Below are positions 30,837-43,441 of a DNA stretch of 63,432 nucleotides, piece after piece. The translations under genes were made by a program, and so were the position numbers. The notes under the pieces were generated by a model. The model was not told the DNA's origin, did no database searches, and was given only the letters and a program-made list of their open reading frames with translations. The first letter of the stretch is position 1, and each line of letters starts with the position of its first letter. The stretch comes from an uncultured bacterium (GTDB lineage Bacteria > CAYUVA01): contig CAYUVA010000021.1 of NCBI GenBank assembly GCA_964448115.1, forward strand, positions 1 to 63,432. Direction: 5' to 3'.

Positions 30837-32285
30837 CTAATACGCCAGTGCGACATAGACCAGCTTACCCTTTTCTTTCCCGCAGACCAGGCACGGCTCG
30901 GCATGGGGCTGATCTAGGGGAATAGCCCGGATGGTTGCCTTGGTATCCTCTTTGATCTTAGCCTCGCACTCTGCGGAGCCGCACCAGAAGATGCGTGCGA
31001 ATCCACGTATGCTATCCATCTGCTGGACAAGCTCATCATAGCTTGTGGGTGTCTTGGTCATCGCCTCCAGGTTTCTCTTTGCCCTGTCATATATTGTGCG
31101 CTGAAAGTGATCGAGCTGCTCGTTTAAGTATGATTCTAGGCTGTCCAGTGCGACGGCGATCTTCTTTCGATCATCGCGCCTGACCACAACCGCCTGGTTT
31201 TTCTCGATATCTTTAGGTCCAAGCTCAATGCGAATTGGTACTCCCTTCAGCTCGTACTCGTTGAACTTCCAGCCCGGCTGCTTGGTGTCGCGCAGGTCTG
31301 CCTCGATGCGCAGCTTGCCCGACAGCTCATCGAGGAGGCGCTGCGCCTTGGATAGCACAAGCTCACGGCTCTTCTCGTAGATGATCGGGATCAGTATAGC
31401 TTGTATTGGAGCCACCTTGGGGGGCATGACCAGCCCGTAGTCATCCCCGTGCACCATGACAATACCGCCGACAGAGCGGGTGCTTATCCCCCATGAGGTC
31501 TGCCAGGCATACTTAACGACACCATCCTCGTCGAGGAATTTTATGTCGAAGACCTTGGCGAAGTGTTGCCCCAGATTGTGCGAGGTACCGGCTTGCAGCG
31601 CCTTGCCATCGGACATCATCGCCTCCACCGTGTATGTCTTCAACGCGCCAGCAAAGCGCTCGGATTCGGACTTCTCGCCATCTATGACCGGTATTGCAAG
31701 ATCTTGCTCATAGAAGTCCTTATAGACTTGAAGCATTTTCATTGTCTCTTTTTGGGCATCCTCGTAAGTGCGATGCACCGTATGCCCTTCCTGCCAGAGG
31801 AACTCGGTGGTGCGCAAGAATAGGCGGGTTACCTTCTCCCAGCGAACAACATTAGCCCATTGGTTTATAAGGATAGGGAGGTCGCGATATGACTGCACCC
31901 AGTTGGAGTAGATGCTGCAAATTATGGCTTCCGATGTCGGTCTTATGGCTAGTCTCTCTTCGAGCACCTCGTCTCCGCCCTGCGTAACCCAGGCGACCTG
32001 GGGAGCAAAGCCCTCGACATGATCAGCCTCTTTTTGTAGTAGGCTTTCCGGGACGAACAGCGGGAAATAAGCGTTTTTATGCCCTGTTGCCTTTATGCGT
32101 CTGTCCAGGTGATCGCGCACATTCTCCCAGAGACCAAAGCCATAGGGCTTGATCACCATGCACCCCTTAAGCGTGGTGTAGTCAGCCATGCCAGCCTTTC
32201 TTATGACATCGACATACCACTGGGAGAAGTTCTCCGACTTGCTGGTAAGCTCTTGTACGAAGTCCTTGTCCTCTCCTTTTTTCAT
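30837..32285 (-). CDS. proS: Proline--tRNA ligase (archaeal/eukaryotic type)
   Basis: HVEGFAP, RPTSE, QWANVVRWE, FLRTTEFLWQEGHT, QAGTSHNLG, C-terminal Cys domain ending in Tyr. Confidence 0.95.
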   Translation of the reverse strand: MKKGEDKDFVQELTSKSENFSQWYVDVIRKAGMADYTTLKGCMVIKPYGFGLWENVRDHLDRRIKATGHKNAYFPLFVPESLLQKEADHVEGFAPQVAWVTQGGDEVLEERLAIRPTSEAIICSIYSNWVQSYRDLPILINQWANVVRWEKVTRLFLRTTEFLWQEGHTVHRTYEDAQKETMKMLQVYKDFYEQDLAIPVIDGEKSESERFAGALKTYTVEAMMSDGKALQAGTSHNLGQHFAKVFDIKFLDEDGVVKYAWQTSWGISTRSVGGIVMVHGDDYGLVMPPKVAPIQAILIPIIYEKSRELVLSKAQRLLDELSGKLRIEADLRDTKQPGWKFNEYELKGVPIRIELGPKDIEKNQAVVVRRDDRKKIAVALDSLESYLNEQLDHFQRTIYDRAKRNLEAMTKTPTSYDELVQQMDSIRGFARIFWCGSAECEAKIKEDTKATIRAIPLDQPHAEPCLVCGKEKGKLVYVALAY

Positions 32286-32402
32286 AATCTCTATCCTTGT
32301 TACTAGCTTATGAAGTCAAAGGTACTAGTATATCATAATAATCCAAAAATGTTGAAGAGGAGTTGACAGCTTTTAAGTAAAACTGCAAACTGCCAATGGA
32401 TA

Positions 32403-33668
32403 CTACTCGACATTCCCCTGCTGGTCGGTTTTTATTACATAAATATCCTTGCCTCCAGCGCCGAATGATTCGGTATATCCGACGATTATGTATCCACTTC
32501 CATGGGCAGGTTTGACGCAGCGACCCTCATCATTGCCCGCGCCCCCGTAGGTCTTCTCCCACTGGAGCTCCCCATTGGCAGATGTCTTTATCAAATAGAC
32601 ATCAGCAAGACCTGAGGCTGTGGTGGAGCCGACCACTACATATCCTCCATCATCAGCGGCACATAATGCATAAGCCTTTTCGTCAGCGGCACTGCCGTAG
32701 ATGTGTTGCCATTGCTGGTTCCCCTCGGCATCGACCTTGAGCAGCCAGAAATCTTGAACCGAGTCGTTTGCTGGATCAGTATATCCCACTGCGATGAATC
32801 CTTCATCGCTAGCCGGAATGATGTCAACCAGGTGGCAGTGAGGGTTAGGTGAAAAGTCTTTTTTCCACAAAAATCCAGCAGAGGCATGTATCTTTGCCAA
32901 CCAGCTACTTGTATTTCCGGTCATAATATCAACCGTGTAACCGCAGACTATGTATCGACCTTCCTGGGATAAACAAGCGCCGGTGGCATACTCATGGAGT
33001 CCTTCTTCTCCCATGGTAAGCTCCCATTCCTGGTTGCCCTGGATGTTAGTTTTTATAAATCCTGCATCCATGTTATCCGGGCTACGCCCCACAATGCCTG
33101 CAAGGAAAAAGCCATTGTCAGTCGCTTGGGCTAATCCATAACCCTCATCATAATATGCCCCTCCATGGCTCCTTTCCCACATCTTGCCGCCGTTATTGGC
33201 AAGCTTTATCAGAAAAATATCGCTGAATCCGACGCCAAGAGAACTGCCCCCAACCAGCACAAAACATTCATCAAAGGTGCTTATCATCGCATTGGCAAGG
33301 ATTGTGCTATCATAACCGTATTGCTTCTCCCATAGCACTTTTCCAGTCGCATCGACCTTTATGACCACGATATCGTTACTATTGCTGTAGGAGGTAGAAT
33401 TTCCGGCAATCACGTAACCGAGGTCCGAGGTAGTAATCACGGACACTCCCTGGTCATCGTGTTCAAGCCCGAAGGCAGCGCTCCAACTGGCAGGCAGGGG
33501 AGTGCTTGAGGGCGTGGGTGTAGCAGTTGATGGCGGAGAGGTCGGCGTCGGCGTATGCTCCGGAGTTCCATTGGAAGAGCCGTCTCCGCTGCATGAAAGA
33601 AGGAAAACGGCTGCTACCAACGCAGCCAGGGTTACGGTTAACAGCATCGGTTGGATATTCTTTCTCAT
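32403..33668 (-). CDS. Lipoprotein with Thr/Pro linker and beta-propeller-like repeats
   Basis: Lipobox LLSC; ~50-aa repeats W.K.YG...D.G......DGGY...G.T......D.YL.K.D..G. Confidence 0.8.
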   Translation of the reverse strand: MRKNIQPMLLTVTLAALVAAVFLLSCSGDGSSNGTPEHTPTPTSPPSTATPTPSSTPLPASWSAAFGLEHDDQGVSVITTSDLGYVIAGNSTSYSNSNDIVVIKVDATGKVLWEKQYGYDSTILANAMISTFDECFVLVGGSSLGVGFSDIFLIKLANNGGKMWERSHGGAYYDEGYGLAQATDNGFFLAGIVGRSPDNMDAGFIKTNIQGNQEWELTMGEEGLHEYATGACLSQEGRYIVCGYTVDIMTGNTSSWLAKIHASAGFLWKKDFSPNPHCHLVDIIPASDEGFIAVGYTDPANDSVQDFWLLKVDAEGNQQWQHIYGSAADEKAYALCAADDGGYVVVGSTTASGLADVYLIKTSANGELQWEKTYGGAGNDEGRCVKPAHGSGYIIVGYTESFGAGGKDIYVIKTDQQGNVE

Positions 33669-33823
33669 CGATGGTTCTCCTTGTTCGAGGCCTTAGCCCT
33701 TGGGCTATACTACATTTTCAGTATATCAGAAGTTTCGACAAAGATGGAATGCTGTGCCCGCCCAAAAAAGCAGGGGAGAAGCTAGCAGCCCAAGCGGGAT
33801 CTACTTCTCGTGTAATATGCAGA

Positions 33824-36800
33824 TCAGTATATGCTTATGTTCAGATAGGGCCAGAATTGACTCACCTGTCCATTGTCACACCTTGCCACAATCTCCAATA
33901 GGTCTTGAATCGGCGGTATGCCCCCTTGCACCGGGCTATCTTGTAGCCAGTAGATGCCTGCCGACGGGTCAACGACCGGCAGCACTACGCCGGTGGGAAC
34001 ACCCATGTAGTAAAGCTCGACCCCTTCGATGGAGCCTTGCGGACTTGAAGCGACCATGGCGAAGATATCCATCGATCCGCCGTCTGCGCTGGTGATGTAA
34101 GTATCCCAGTACCCCGCAAGCATTATCCTGGGATCGCACGGCGTGTAGGTCGGGTTGGAAGATACGATGAATGAATCCTGCGCGCTCGCCTCGAACATAT
34201 CGGACATCGGATCCCAGGCGCTGACATGGGCGGTGTTTATCAGATGGTCTGAATTGCCGATCTGCCAGACCGATGTATCATAGATGCCTGCCGAGTAGGC
34301 TATGCTCCATTTCCCAGGCTCGGCGGGCAGTTCATCGTAAGCCCACGAACAGCTCGTTGTCGTGCCTCTCGATGTGTTGATGCCGTCAGGATAGATATAA
34401 TCGAACCTTGCCGGACCGATGTCTGTGTCGTAATTGCCAACGAAGAATGTCTCCTCAGTCGAACCCGATAGTGTGAAATCAAACAGTTTCTCACCGGTGG
34501 TGTTGATGTTGATACAGACCATCCCCTTGGGGATGATCTCGGCGCCCTCGGTGATCCTGAGTTGATAGCCGTTCTCGTCGTTACCGGTGGTAGTTTTCAC
34601 CCTGAGCACATAGAAACCCGGCTGCTCGATCTCGAAGGCTGGCACCCAGGTCTCATCAAGTGCCGGATCGCTGCCGAAACAGACCTGGTCTATCAACTCA
34701 TACTTGGAGTATAGGTAAAAACAGGTGTTGGTGTCCCAGGGAGAGCTGTTGTTCTCGTCGTATGCGTTGTAGGTATCCGGGTCGAAGACCTGTAGTGATT
34801 TCAAGCCCGGCTCGATCACCTCGACCAGGTACTCGTATTGATGAATCGGATCGCCGAGGCAACTGCTCGCCCGGGGACCGAATATGGAAAGAGTGAGACC
34901 AGAGACATTTGGGTACAGCTCGTAGAAACCATCCCTGATCACGCCTTTCTGCCAGTAGGCTGCCTTGTCCAGGCTGACCATGGCGTCAAAGCTGATATTC
35001 ATATCGGCACCCGGCGAAAGCTGATCCAGCTTCCATCTTATCCAGGTGTCATTATCGCTGGTAACATAATAGGAATCCGCAACCGGATCAGCCGTATCGG
35101 GCAGGAACTGGAGACCCTCCGGCAGGATATCGGTGATATTGAGATCGTAAAGCAGCACATTGCCATCATTGTAAACCTTGATATTCACGGAGACTATATC
35201 TCCTATATCGCCGTATTCGCTAGAGAATTGCTTGCTGATACCAATAGATGGCAGGTATTGCGGCGTTCCCGTGGCAGTGGGAGTGTGGCTCGGAAGAGCC
35301 GTATGCGTGCTTGTTGGCATGTCGGTAGGGGTGCCGGTGGGGCTTTCGGTGGGGATAGATGTAGCCGTCGAGGTCGGTAGGTCGGTCGGGGTCATGCTCG
35401 GAGTATCTGTGGGAATAGCGGTAGCTGTCGCAGTGGGTGTGGCCGAGGGTATAGCGGTTGGGGTGTCGGTAGGAGTCATGGTCGGTGAGTCGGTCGGGGT
35501 TGCTGTCGATGTCGGCACCACATAGACCAGCATGAAAGCCATGTCCAGGGTCTGGTTGTAATCGGGATGACTCTGTCCATATTCCAGTCGCGTTTCCCAA
35601 TTATCCCCCTCGTCACCGGATTGCACAGCCGATGCCAGGTTGTGCGAGCTAGCCGTATGCCAGCCCCATAAATCATGACCGTTCTTGGCATCTGCCTTGG
35701 CGTCGAAATGCGCGCTTATGCCCAGCCAATAGGTGGTGTTGATATCCTGATCCCAGGGAACGGTGAGGTTGCATTCGTATTGGAAGATATGCTCGTATTG
35801 CGTTGGATAGAACCAATCTGGCATGGTGCAATAGTATGTCTGCCGGTAATCAAACACTTGTTCGTAGGCGATCATCATACCGGGCTGCGGGAAGCCAAGC
35901 GGTCCCTGGGGAACATGTTCAAACCATTTCAGCTCGAACCATACAGGCAGGTATAATGGCGTTGGAACCGGTCCCGGATCATAGCTCATGTAGTCGAAAT
36001 AGGAACCCCACCACCTGATCTTGACGATCGGATAACCGTTCTCGCACAACCAGTCATCGGCAAGTAAGGACATATCGAAGTTGTTGCTGCGGATATCGTA
36101 TCCATCGATTATATCAGGGGGCTGTAACCATTTATACTGTTCTGAGAAGGTAGGCGTAACTGTGGGCGTATAGGTTGGAACCTCGGTCGGAGTATCGGTG
36201 GGGGTCACGGTCGGAGTATCGGTGGGAATAGTGGTAGCTGTCGCAGTGGAAGTCGCCGTCGGTGTAGCGGTAGGAATCTCCGTAGGAGTCGTGGTCGGAG
36301 TACCAGTGGGAATAGCGGTAGCGGTCGCAGTGGGGGTCGCAGAGGGTGTCGTGGTCGGCGTGTCTGTCGGGGTCATGGTCGGCGTAAAAGTGGAAATAGC
36401 GGTAGTTGTCATCGTGGGAGTCATGGTTGGTGAGTTGGTCGGGGTTGCTGTCGATGTCGGCACCACATAGACCAGCATGAAAGCCATGTCCAGGGTCTGG
36501 TTGTAATCGGGATGACTCTGTCCATATTCCAGTCGCGTTTCCCAATTATCCCCCTCGTCACCGGATTGCACAGCCGATGCCAGGTTGTGCGAGCTAGCCG
36601 TATGCCAGCCCCATAAATCATGACCGTTCTTGGCATCTGCCTTGGCGTCGAAATGCGCGCTTATGCCCAGCCAATAGGTGGTGTTGATATCCTGATCCCA
36701 GGGAACGGTGAGGTTGCATTCGTATTGGAAGATATGCTCGTATTGCGTTGGATAGAACCAATCTGGCATGGTGCAATAGTATGTCTGCCGGTAATCAAAC

Positions 36801-38176
36801 ACTTGTTCGTAGGCGATCATCATACCGGGCTGCGGGAAGCCAAGCGGTCCCTGGGGAACATGTTCAAACCATTTCAGCTCGAACCATACAGGCAGGTATA
36901 ATGGCGTTGGAACCGGTCCCGGATCATAGCTCATGTAGTCGAAATAGGAACCCCACCACCTGATCTTGACGATCGGATAACCGTTCTCGCACAACCAGTC
37001 ATCGGCAAGTAAGGACATATCGAAGTTGTTGCTGCGGATATCGTATCCATAGAATATATCAGGGGGTTGTACCCATTTGTATTGCTCTGAGTAAGTAGGC
37101 GTAGCCGTGGGGGTATCGGTTGGAAGCTCGGTCGGCGTATCGGTTGGAATGGTGGTCGCTGTCGCCGTGGGAGTTGCCGAGGGTATAGTGGTCGGCGTGT
37201 AGGTAGATGTCATGGTCGGGGTCGTGGTCGGTATCCCCGTGGCGGTGTGGGTCGGCGTGTAGGTAGGGGTCATGGTTACTGTCCCGGTGGGAACGGTAGT
37301 TGCTGTCATGGTGGGTGTCCCTGTGTGCGTTGCCGTTGGTATATTGGTCGGGGTCATGGTTGGGGTTGAAGTAGGTGTTGCCGTGGAAGTGGCTGTTGGT
37401 GTCGAGGTTGGAGTACTGGTCGTGGTGTTGGTTGGCGTTGCCGTGGGAGTCGCCGTCGGGGTAGCGGTGTCAGCAAAGCAATCTATGACTGAGTAAAACG
37501 ATAGATCGTATTGGTGAGATAATATGGGACATAAATCTATCCAGCTTGAACCCGGATTCAGGTAAACAGTGCAATCAGAACATGGGATATCATTTAGTAC
37601 TAAATCTATATTGCAGTTGTCAGGCTCATGGTATTTGATGGCTGCAAAATAGATCTCTCCAGGCTGCGGGCTAAAGCAGCAGTCAAAACCTTGCAGATCA
37701 AAACCGATCCACCATAATCCGATACTGTCTAAAGAAAAACTGACCTTATAAACATCACACAGTATTGTACCAGGTCGATAACACCCCGGATTGCCCGGAT
37801 CTTCATAAGCACTGTAGAGATAGAATGTCATATTCAGATCACAGGGAGCATTATTTACGGAAAGGAGTTGAGCTATGCTATAAACACAGAAGTTGTCACA
37901 TGAACTACAATAGTCGGGATTCAGCATCAATGCATAGGTCTCGTTGCCATCAAAGCTGTTGCTCCAATAAAACATGTAATCCTGTTTGCCAAACAGGCAC
38001 AAGTCCTTAGACTTATAGTCTGTCTGGTTCTGGGTGATGTAATTGATTGGCTGATCATCAGGCAGGGCAGTCACGCCTGTTTTACCGAGCGATTGCTTGC
38101 CTTCACCGTGCACCATTCCCAGTAATAAGATCATAAGAATGCTTATAGCTAGAATGGAGAAATATCTTTTTCTCAT
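33824..38176 (-). CDS. Large secreted modular protein (Cys-rich N-domain, Thr/Pro linkers, duplicated domain, DUF11-like domain, conserved C-terminal domain)
   Basis: AGGGAG SD and signal peptide; two KW.QPPD...ADDWLC...WWGSY domains; ISKQ...GD.V...I.V.N.G...L....ITD.LP.GL DUF11-like motif; C-terminal PRIMLAGY...WPYLNI. Confidence 0.85.
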   Translation of the reverse strand: MRKRYFSILAISILMILLLGMVHGEGKQSLGKTGVTALPDDQPINYITQNQTDYKSKDLCLFGKQDYMFYWSNSFDGNETYALMLNPDYCSSCDNFCVYSIAQLLSVNNAPCDLNMTFYLYSAYEDPGNPGCYRPGTILCDVYKVSFSLDSIGLWWIGFDLQGFDCCFSPQPGEIYFAAIKYHEPDNCNIDLVLNDIPCSDCTVYLNPGSSWIDLCPILSHQYDLSFYSVIDCFADTATPTATPTATPTNTTTSTPTSTPTATSTATPTSTPTMTPTNIPTATHTGTPTMTATTVPTGTVTMTPTYTPTHTATGIPTTTPTMTSTYTPTTIPSATPTATATTIPTDTPTELPTDTPTATPTYSEQYKWVQPPDIFYGYDIRSNNFDMSLLADDWLCENGYPIVKIRWWGSYFDYMSYDPGPVPTPLYLPVWFELKWFEHVPQGPLGFPQPGMMIAYEQVFDYRQTYYCTMPDWFYPTQYEHIFQYECNLTVPWDQDINTTYWLGISAHFDAKADAKNGHDLWGWHTASSHNLASAVQSGDEGDNWETRLEYGQSHPDYNQTLDMAFMLVYVVPTSTATPTNSPTMTPTMTTTAISTFTPTMTPTDTPTTTPSATPTATATAIPTGTPTTTPTEIPTATPTATSTATATTIPTDTPTVTPTDTPTEVPTYTPTVTPTFSEQYKWLQPPDIIDGYDIRSNNFDMSLLADDWLCENGYPIVKIRWWGSYFDYMSYDPGPVPTPLYLPVWFELKWFEHVPQGPLGFPQPGMMIAYEQVFDYRQTYYCTMPDWFYPTQYEHIFQYECNLTVPWDQDINTTYWLGISAHFDAKADAKNGHDLWGWHTASSHNLASAVQSGDEGDNWETRLEYGQSHPDYNQTLDMAFMLVYVVPTSTATPTDSPTMTPTDTPTAIPSATPTATATAIPTDTPSMTPTDLPTSTATSIPTESPTGTPTDMPTSTHTALPSHTPTATGTPQYLPSIGISKQFSSEYGDIGDIVSVNIKVYNDGNVLLYDLNITDILPEGLQFLPDTADPVADSYYVTSDNDTWIRWKLDQLSPGADMNISFDAMVSLDKAAYWQKGVIRDGFYELYPNVSGLTLSIFGPRASSCLGDPIHQYEYLVEVIEPGLKSLQVFDPDTYNAYDENNSSPWDTNTCFYLYSKYELIDQVCFGSDPALDETWVPAFEIEQPGFYVLRVKTTTGNDENGYQLRITEGAEIIPKGMVCININTTGEKLFDFTLSGSTEETFFVGNYDTDIGPARFDYIYPDGINTSRGTTTSCSWAYDELPAEPGKWSIAYSAGIYDTSVWQIGNSDHLINTAHVSAWDPMSDMFEASAQDSFIVSSNPTYTPCDPRIMLAGYWDTYITSADGGSMDIFAMVASSPQGSIEGVELYYMGVPTGVVLPVVDPSAGIYWLQDSPVQGGIPPIQDLLEIVARCDNGQVSQFWPYLNISIY
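35492..37050. repeat. Direct repeat: 35492-36105 and 36437-37050 (614 bp, offset 945)
   Basis: Protein copies are identical and shadow ORFs in other frames are also identical (35675-35956 vs 36620-36901; 35803-36018 vs 36748-36963). Confidence 0.92.
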
Positions 38177-38357
38177 ATCAAACTCCCTATCATAATGCGC
38201 TTGGTTAAGGTAAATCCTTAAACTTCATTATTTCCCGATGGAACTGTATCATATTTATATCACCTATGCAATATTTTTATTTCTTGCCAAGAGTTTAAGG
38301 AGAACTGGTACCTGAATGATAAAGATAATAAATCAATTGCTCGCTGTAATGATGATC

Positions 38358-39077
38358 TCAGGGAATCATATTCGGTTCATCTCTTCGGCTTGCCATTCTT
38401 TCCTCTATATTGCGCAGTCGCCTTACTAGGACTTCCTGCCTGTATGCGATTATTATCAATGTTACCGCGAGCGATATGAACCCAGCCAGTGTAACCAGGA
38501 AGGTATGTAACATCCGTGGATGCAAGCTGCTCTCCCCAACCTTGAAAACAGCCGGATGCACGGATCTCCATAATCTTACCGACAGATAGACGATGGGGAC
38601 ATCGATAAAGGCGATGATTCCGTAAACTGCGCAGAACCTGGCACGGGCACCCTCATCCTCTATTGAGCTATGAAGTATTAAGTAAGCCAAATACATGAAC
38701 CAGAGCACCATTGTTGTAGTTAACCGTGGATCCCATGTCCACCAGACTCCCCATGCTGCCTTTGCCCACAGCGGTCCGGTAATGAAGACCAAAGTACAGA
38801 ATAGTAGTCCTACCTTTGCGCTAGCATAGCCAAGCAGGTTACTTCTGATATCCCTTTTCACAAGGTATGCAATGCTGGCGACAAACACTATACCGAAGCC
38901 TAGAAAGCTCGCCATGGCTGATGAGACATGGAAGTAGAATATCTTCTGGATCACCCCCATTGTCCTCTCGATGGGTGCATAAAAGCCGAGCATGGCTATG
39001 GATGCGAGTATGAGTAGGGAAGCTACTGCAAGCAGCCACATTACCCATTGCTTTTTTTGATATTTAGAGGTTTGCAT
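38358..39077 (-). CDS. ccmC: Heme exporter / cytochrome c biogenesis protein CcmC-like
   Basis: IFYFHV, TGPLWAK.AWGVWWTWDPRLT WWD motif, WRSVHP; six TM helices. Confidence 0.85.
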   Translation of the reverse strand: MQTSKYQKKQWVMWLLAVASLLILASIAMLGFYAPIERTMGVIQKIFYFHVSSAMASFLGFGIVFVASIAYLVKRDIRSNLLGYASAKVGLLFCTLVFITGPLWAKAAWGVWWTWDPRLTTTMVLWFMYLAYLILHSSIEDEGARARFCAVYGIIAFIDVPIVYLSVRLWRSVHPAVFKVGESSLHPRMLHTFLVTLAGFISLAVTLIIIAYRQEVLVRRLRNIEERMASRRDEPNMIP

Positions 39078-39111
39078 CTTGTCATCTTCAAAGATTTATT
39101 TGCTCTGGAGC

Positions 39112-41637
39112 TTATCTTCTCCTTCTCTTTGCCGTGCGCCCAATCGATGATTTCTTTTCAGGGAGCTTGTCGCCCTTGATCCATAGCACAAAGGGAGCGG
39201 CGATGAAGCAGGTAGAATAAGTACCGGCAACAACACCGATCAGCATTGCAAACGAGAAGACCTTGATCACTGGACCGCCAAAGAGAAAGAGGCACAAAAC
39301 AACTACGAAGGTGGTTAGAGATGTCATTACGGTGCGGCTCAAGACCTGGTTGATGCTGTCGTTCAGCAAGCCGGCAAAGGAGACATTCTTTGTCCTTCTT
39401 ACATTACGCAGGTTTTCTCTAACTCTGTCGAAGATAACGATGGTATCATTAAGCGAGTAACCTACGATGGTCAGCATAGCTGCGACCACCGGCAGCGATA
39501 TCTCCATCTTGAATAACAGCAAGAATGTAAGTGCTACGGCAACATCATGGATTATTGCGACCACAGCGCCTAAGCCCCAGATAAACTCAAAGCGGATGGC
39601 AATGTAAATGATCATGCAGATCATAGCGAAGACGATGGCGATGATGGCAGATTTTTTCAACTCAGAACCCACCTGGGGTCCGACCATCTCCTCCTGTCGT
39701 AACTCAATATTCTCCTTTCCAAAGGTATCGTGCAATTTGGTTAGTATCTTTCTAGCAATATCCTCGTCTTCATGGAGCATCTGTGCGCGGATCATGATCT
39801 CGCTTGTCTCTTGGTCTTTCTGGATCACGCTTTGTTGAAGACCTATCTCACCGAGTGCATCGCGCACCTGTTGAACCGATGTATCCTGCTTGAATTTAAG
39901 TAGTAGTAGTACACCACCGCTGAAGTCTATGCCAAAGTTGAAGCTACCGATAATAAAATATGCTATCAGCCCGATGATTATGAAGATGGACGATGCAGTT
40001 ACCGAGATCTTGCCGTACTTGAGGAAGGGTATGTTCGGATTGGTGAAAAACCTCATGAAGTTGAGCTTCTGCAAGCCACCCTTATAGGCGAGAAGATCGA
40101 AGATGACCCAGGAGATGACCATTGCAGCGAAAACAGAAGCGAAGATACCGATAGAAAGGGTTACCGCAAAGCCCCTTACGGGTCCGGCACCGAAGTGAAG
40201 CAGCACAAAGGCTGCTATGAGCGTAGTTACATTAGCATCCAAGATGGTTAGAAATGCTCGCCTGAAGCCTAGCTCAATGGCTGATCTTAGGGTGCTTGCT
40301 CCGGTGAGCTTATCTGCCCTTTTCTTTGCATACTCCTCTCTTATTCGCTCGAAGATGAGCACATTGGCATCCACTGCCATGCCCACTGTGAGGATGATAC
40401 CAGCAATGCCTGGAAGGGTTAGCACCGCCTTGAACATGGATAGTATGCCAAGGATGATGAAGATATTGCATATAAGGCTTATATTGGCAATAAGTCCACC
40501 TAGTCGGTAGGTAACCAGCATCAAGATGATCACCGCAACTCCACCTAATATAAATGATCTCACACCTTGCCTGATCGAGTCTGCCCCAAGTGATGGACCT
40601 ACGGTCCTTTCTTCGAGGTAATCGATCGGTGCCGGTAGCGCGCCAGCTCTTAGTATGAGCGCCAAGTCCTTTGCCTCTTGGATGGTGAAGTTGCCGGTGA
40701 TCTGGATATCTCTATACAGCTTGGATTGTATAACCGGGGCGGACATGACCTTGTTATCGAGCACGATAGCCATCTGGTCGCGGATGTGATCCTTGGTCAA
40801 GCGAGACATCCTGGTGCCGCCTTGCCTAGAGAGCTGGAAGTTGACCGCTGGTAAGCCATACTCATCCTGCCCGACCATTGCATTCTCCAGGTCCCTGCCG
40901 GTTACAGGAGCATTGCGATCCAGCAGGTACCATTCCGGTATGATGTTATTGTTCTTATCTTTCCTGCCTCCCTTCAATATCTCCGTGTTTGGCGGGAGTC
41001 TATTATTATACTTGGAAAGCAGATCCTCCCTGGTCGGATAGGGACCGTCCTTTACTATCTGGAACTCAAGGAAAGCCTGGGTGCCGATGATCTCCTTGGC
41101 TCGATTCACATCCTGGTATCCGGGGAGCTGTATGAGTATGCGGTCTCCGGCTAATCCCTGTCTTTGTATGACCGGCTCGGAGACACCAAAGGCATCGACC
41201 CGGTTTCGTATGGTCTCCAGCGCCTGAGTAACCGTCTCCTCACGCATCTTCCTCAGATCGCCCTCCCGCAAGGTGATCTTGAAGTAGCCCTGGTCCCTGT
41301 CCTTATGTAATCCCAGGTAGTTGTATGCCCGGTAGATGACATCATCGACCTTATCGAAATCCCTGGCGTCTGAGATCCAGACCTCGACCGAGTCATTGGT
41401 TATCTTTGTATCCTTGATGAAGATCCCCTCATCGGCGCAGGTCTCGATGATATCGGAGCTAATTCGTTGCAGCTCGTTGCGTAGCACTTCATCCATATCG
41501 ACCTGCAAGACGAGGTGTACGCCACCTTGCAGATCCAAGCCGAGATTGATCTTCTCACTCCAGGGAAACTGGTAGAAGGCTGATATTATCAAGATTGCAA
41601 GTATGATCAGCAATCTGTAGGTAATGTCTTTTTTCAT
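39112..41637 (-). CDS. secDF: Fused protein translocase subunit SecDF
   Basis: LGLDLQGG, RNRVDAFGVSEP, VGPSLG, GMAVDANVLIFERIREE, GIDFSGG, GYSLNDTIVIFDRVRE. Confidence 0.95.
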   Translation of the reverse strand: MKKDITYRLLIILAILIISAFYQFPWSEKINLGLDLQGGVHLVLQVDMDEVLRNELQRISSDIIETCADEGIFIKDTKITNDSVEVWISDARDFDKVDDVIYRAYNYLGLHKDRDQGYFKITLREGDLRKMREETVTQALETIRNRVDAFGVSEPVIQRQGLAGDRILIQLPGYQDVNRAKEIIGTQAFLEFQIVKDGPYPTREDLLSKYNNRLPPNTEILKGGRKDKNNNIIPEWYLLDRNAPVTGRDLENAMVGQDEYGLPAVNFQLSRQGGTRMSRLTKDHIRDQMAIVLDNKVMSAPVIQSKLYRDIQITGNFTIQEAKDLALILRAGALPAPIDYLEERTVGPSLGADSIRQGVRSFILGGVAVIILMLVTYRLGGLIANISLICNIFIILGILSMFKAVLTLPGIAGIILTVGMAVDANVLIFERIREEYAKKRADKLTGASTLRSAIELGFRRAFLTILDANVTTLIAAFVLLHFGAGPVRGFAVTLSIGIFASVFAAMVISWVIFDLLAYKGGLQKLNFMRFFTNPNIPFLKYGKISVTASSIFIIIGLIAYFIIGSFNFGIDFSGGVLLLLKFKQDTSVQQVRDALGEIGLQQSVIQKDQETSEIMIRAQMLHEDEDIARKILTKLHDTFGKENIELRQEEMVGPQVGSELKKSAIIAIVFAMICMIIYIAIRFEFIWGLGAVVAIIHDVAVALTFLLLFKMEISLPVVAAMLTIVGYSLNDTIVIFDRVRENLRNVRRTKNVSFAGLLNDSINQVLSRTVMTSLTTFVVVLCLFLFGGPVIKVFSFAMLIGVVAGTYSTCFIAAPFVLWIKGDKLPEKKSSIGRTAKRRRR

Positions 41638-41723
41638 ACTGTTATATACTCCCTATTGCAGATGATGGTGCGTATATCAATAAAGCTAGTATTAGCTTGT
41701 TATATATTGTTGTTTATAGTTTT

Positions 41724-43188
<1,465 letters not shown>

Positions 43189-43203
43189 CTAAAAGGCGCT
43201 TGG

Positions 43204-43232
43204 ATAATAGCAGACCATTTCTCAATGTACAA
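43204..43232 (-). promoter_or_regulatory. Putative sigma70 promoter of the tgt-yajC-secDF operon
   Basis: Minus strand TTGTAC-17 nt-TATTAT with extended TG. Confidence 0.5.
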
Positions 43233-43441
43233 AGGAAGGCTTTAGACTAATACTGTTCACTTAGGATATTTTGATCAAAATTCCTGGATTCCCGTCCCCG
43301 GCTCGCAATATCGGGAGGGGACGGAATAAACTCCAGCTATCATCCAGCTCATATCAATACTGACCTTGTAATCAAAATCATTTCCCCAGTTACGCTTCAT
43401 TCACCTGCTCCCTTGACTTTGCAAGGGCAAACTGCCATAAG

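Noticed and set aside
35492-37050. Diversity-generating retroelement template/variable repeat pair
   Set aside because: No adenine-specific mismatches seen, both copies are in frame in one gene, and there is no reverse transcriptase in the window.
35178-37496. Val/Gly-rich ORFs (also 9195-9428) and the Ser-rich ORF 15827-16513
   Set aside because: Antisense shadows of Thr/Pro linkers and acidic tracts.
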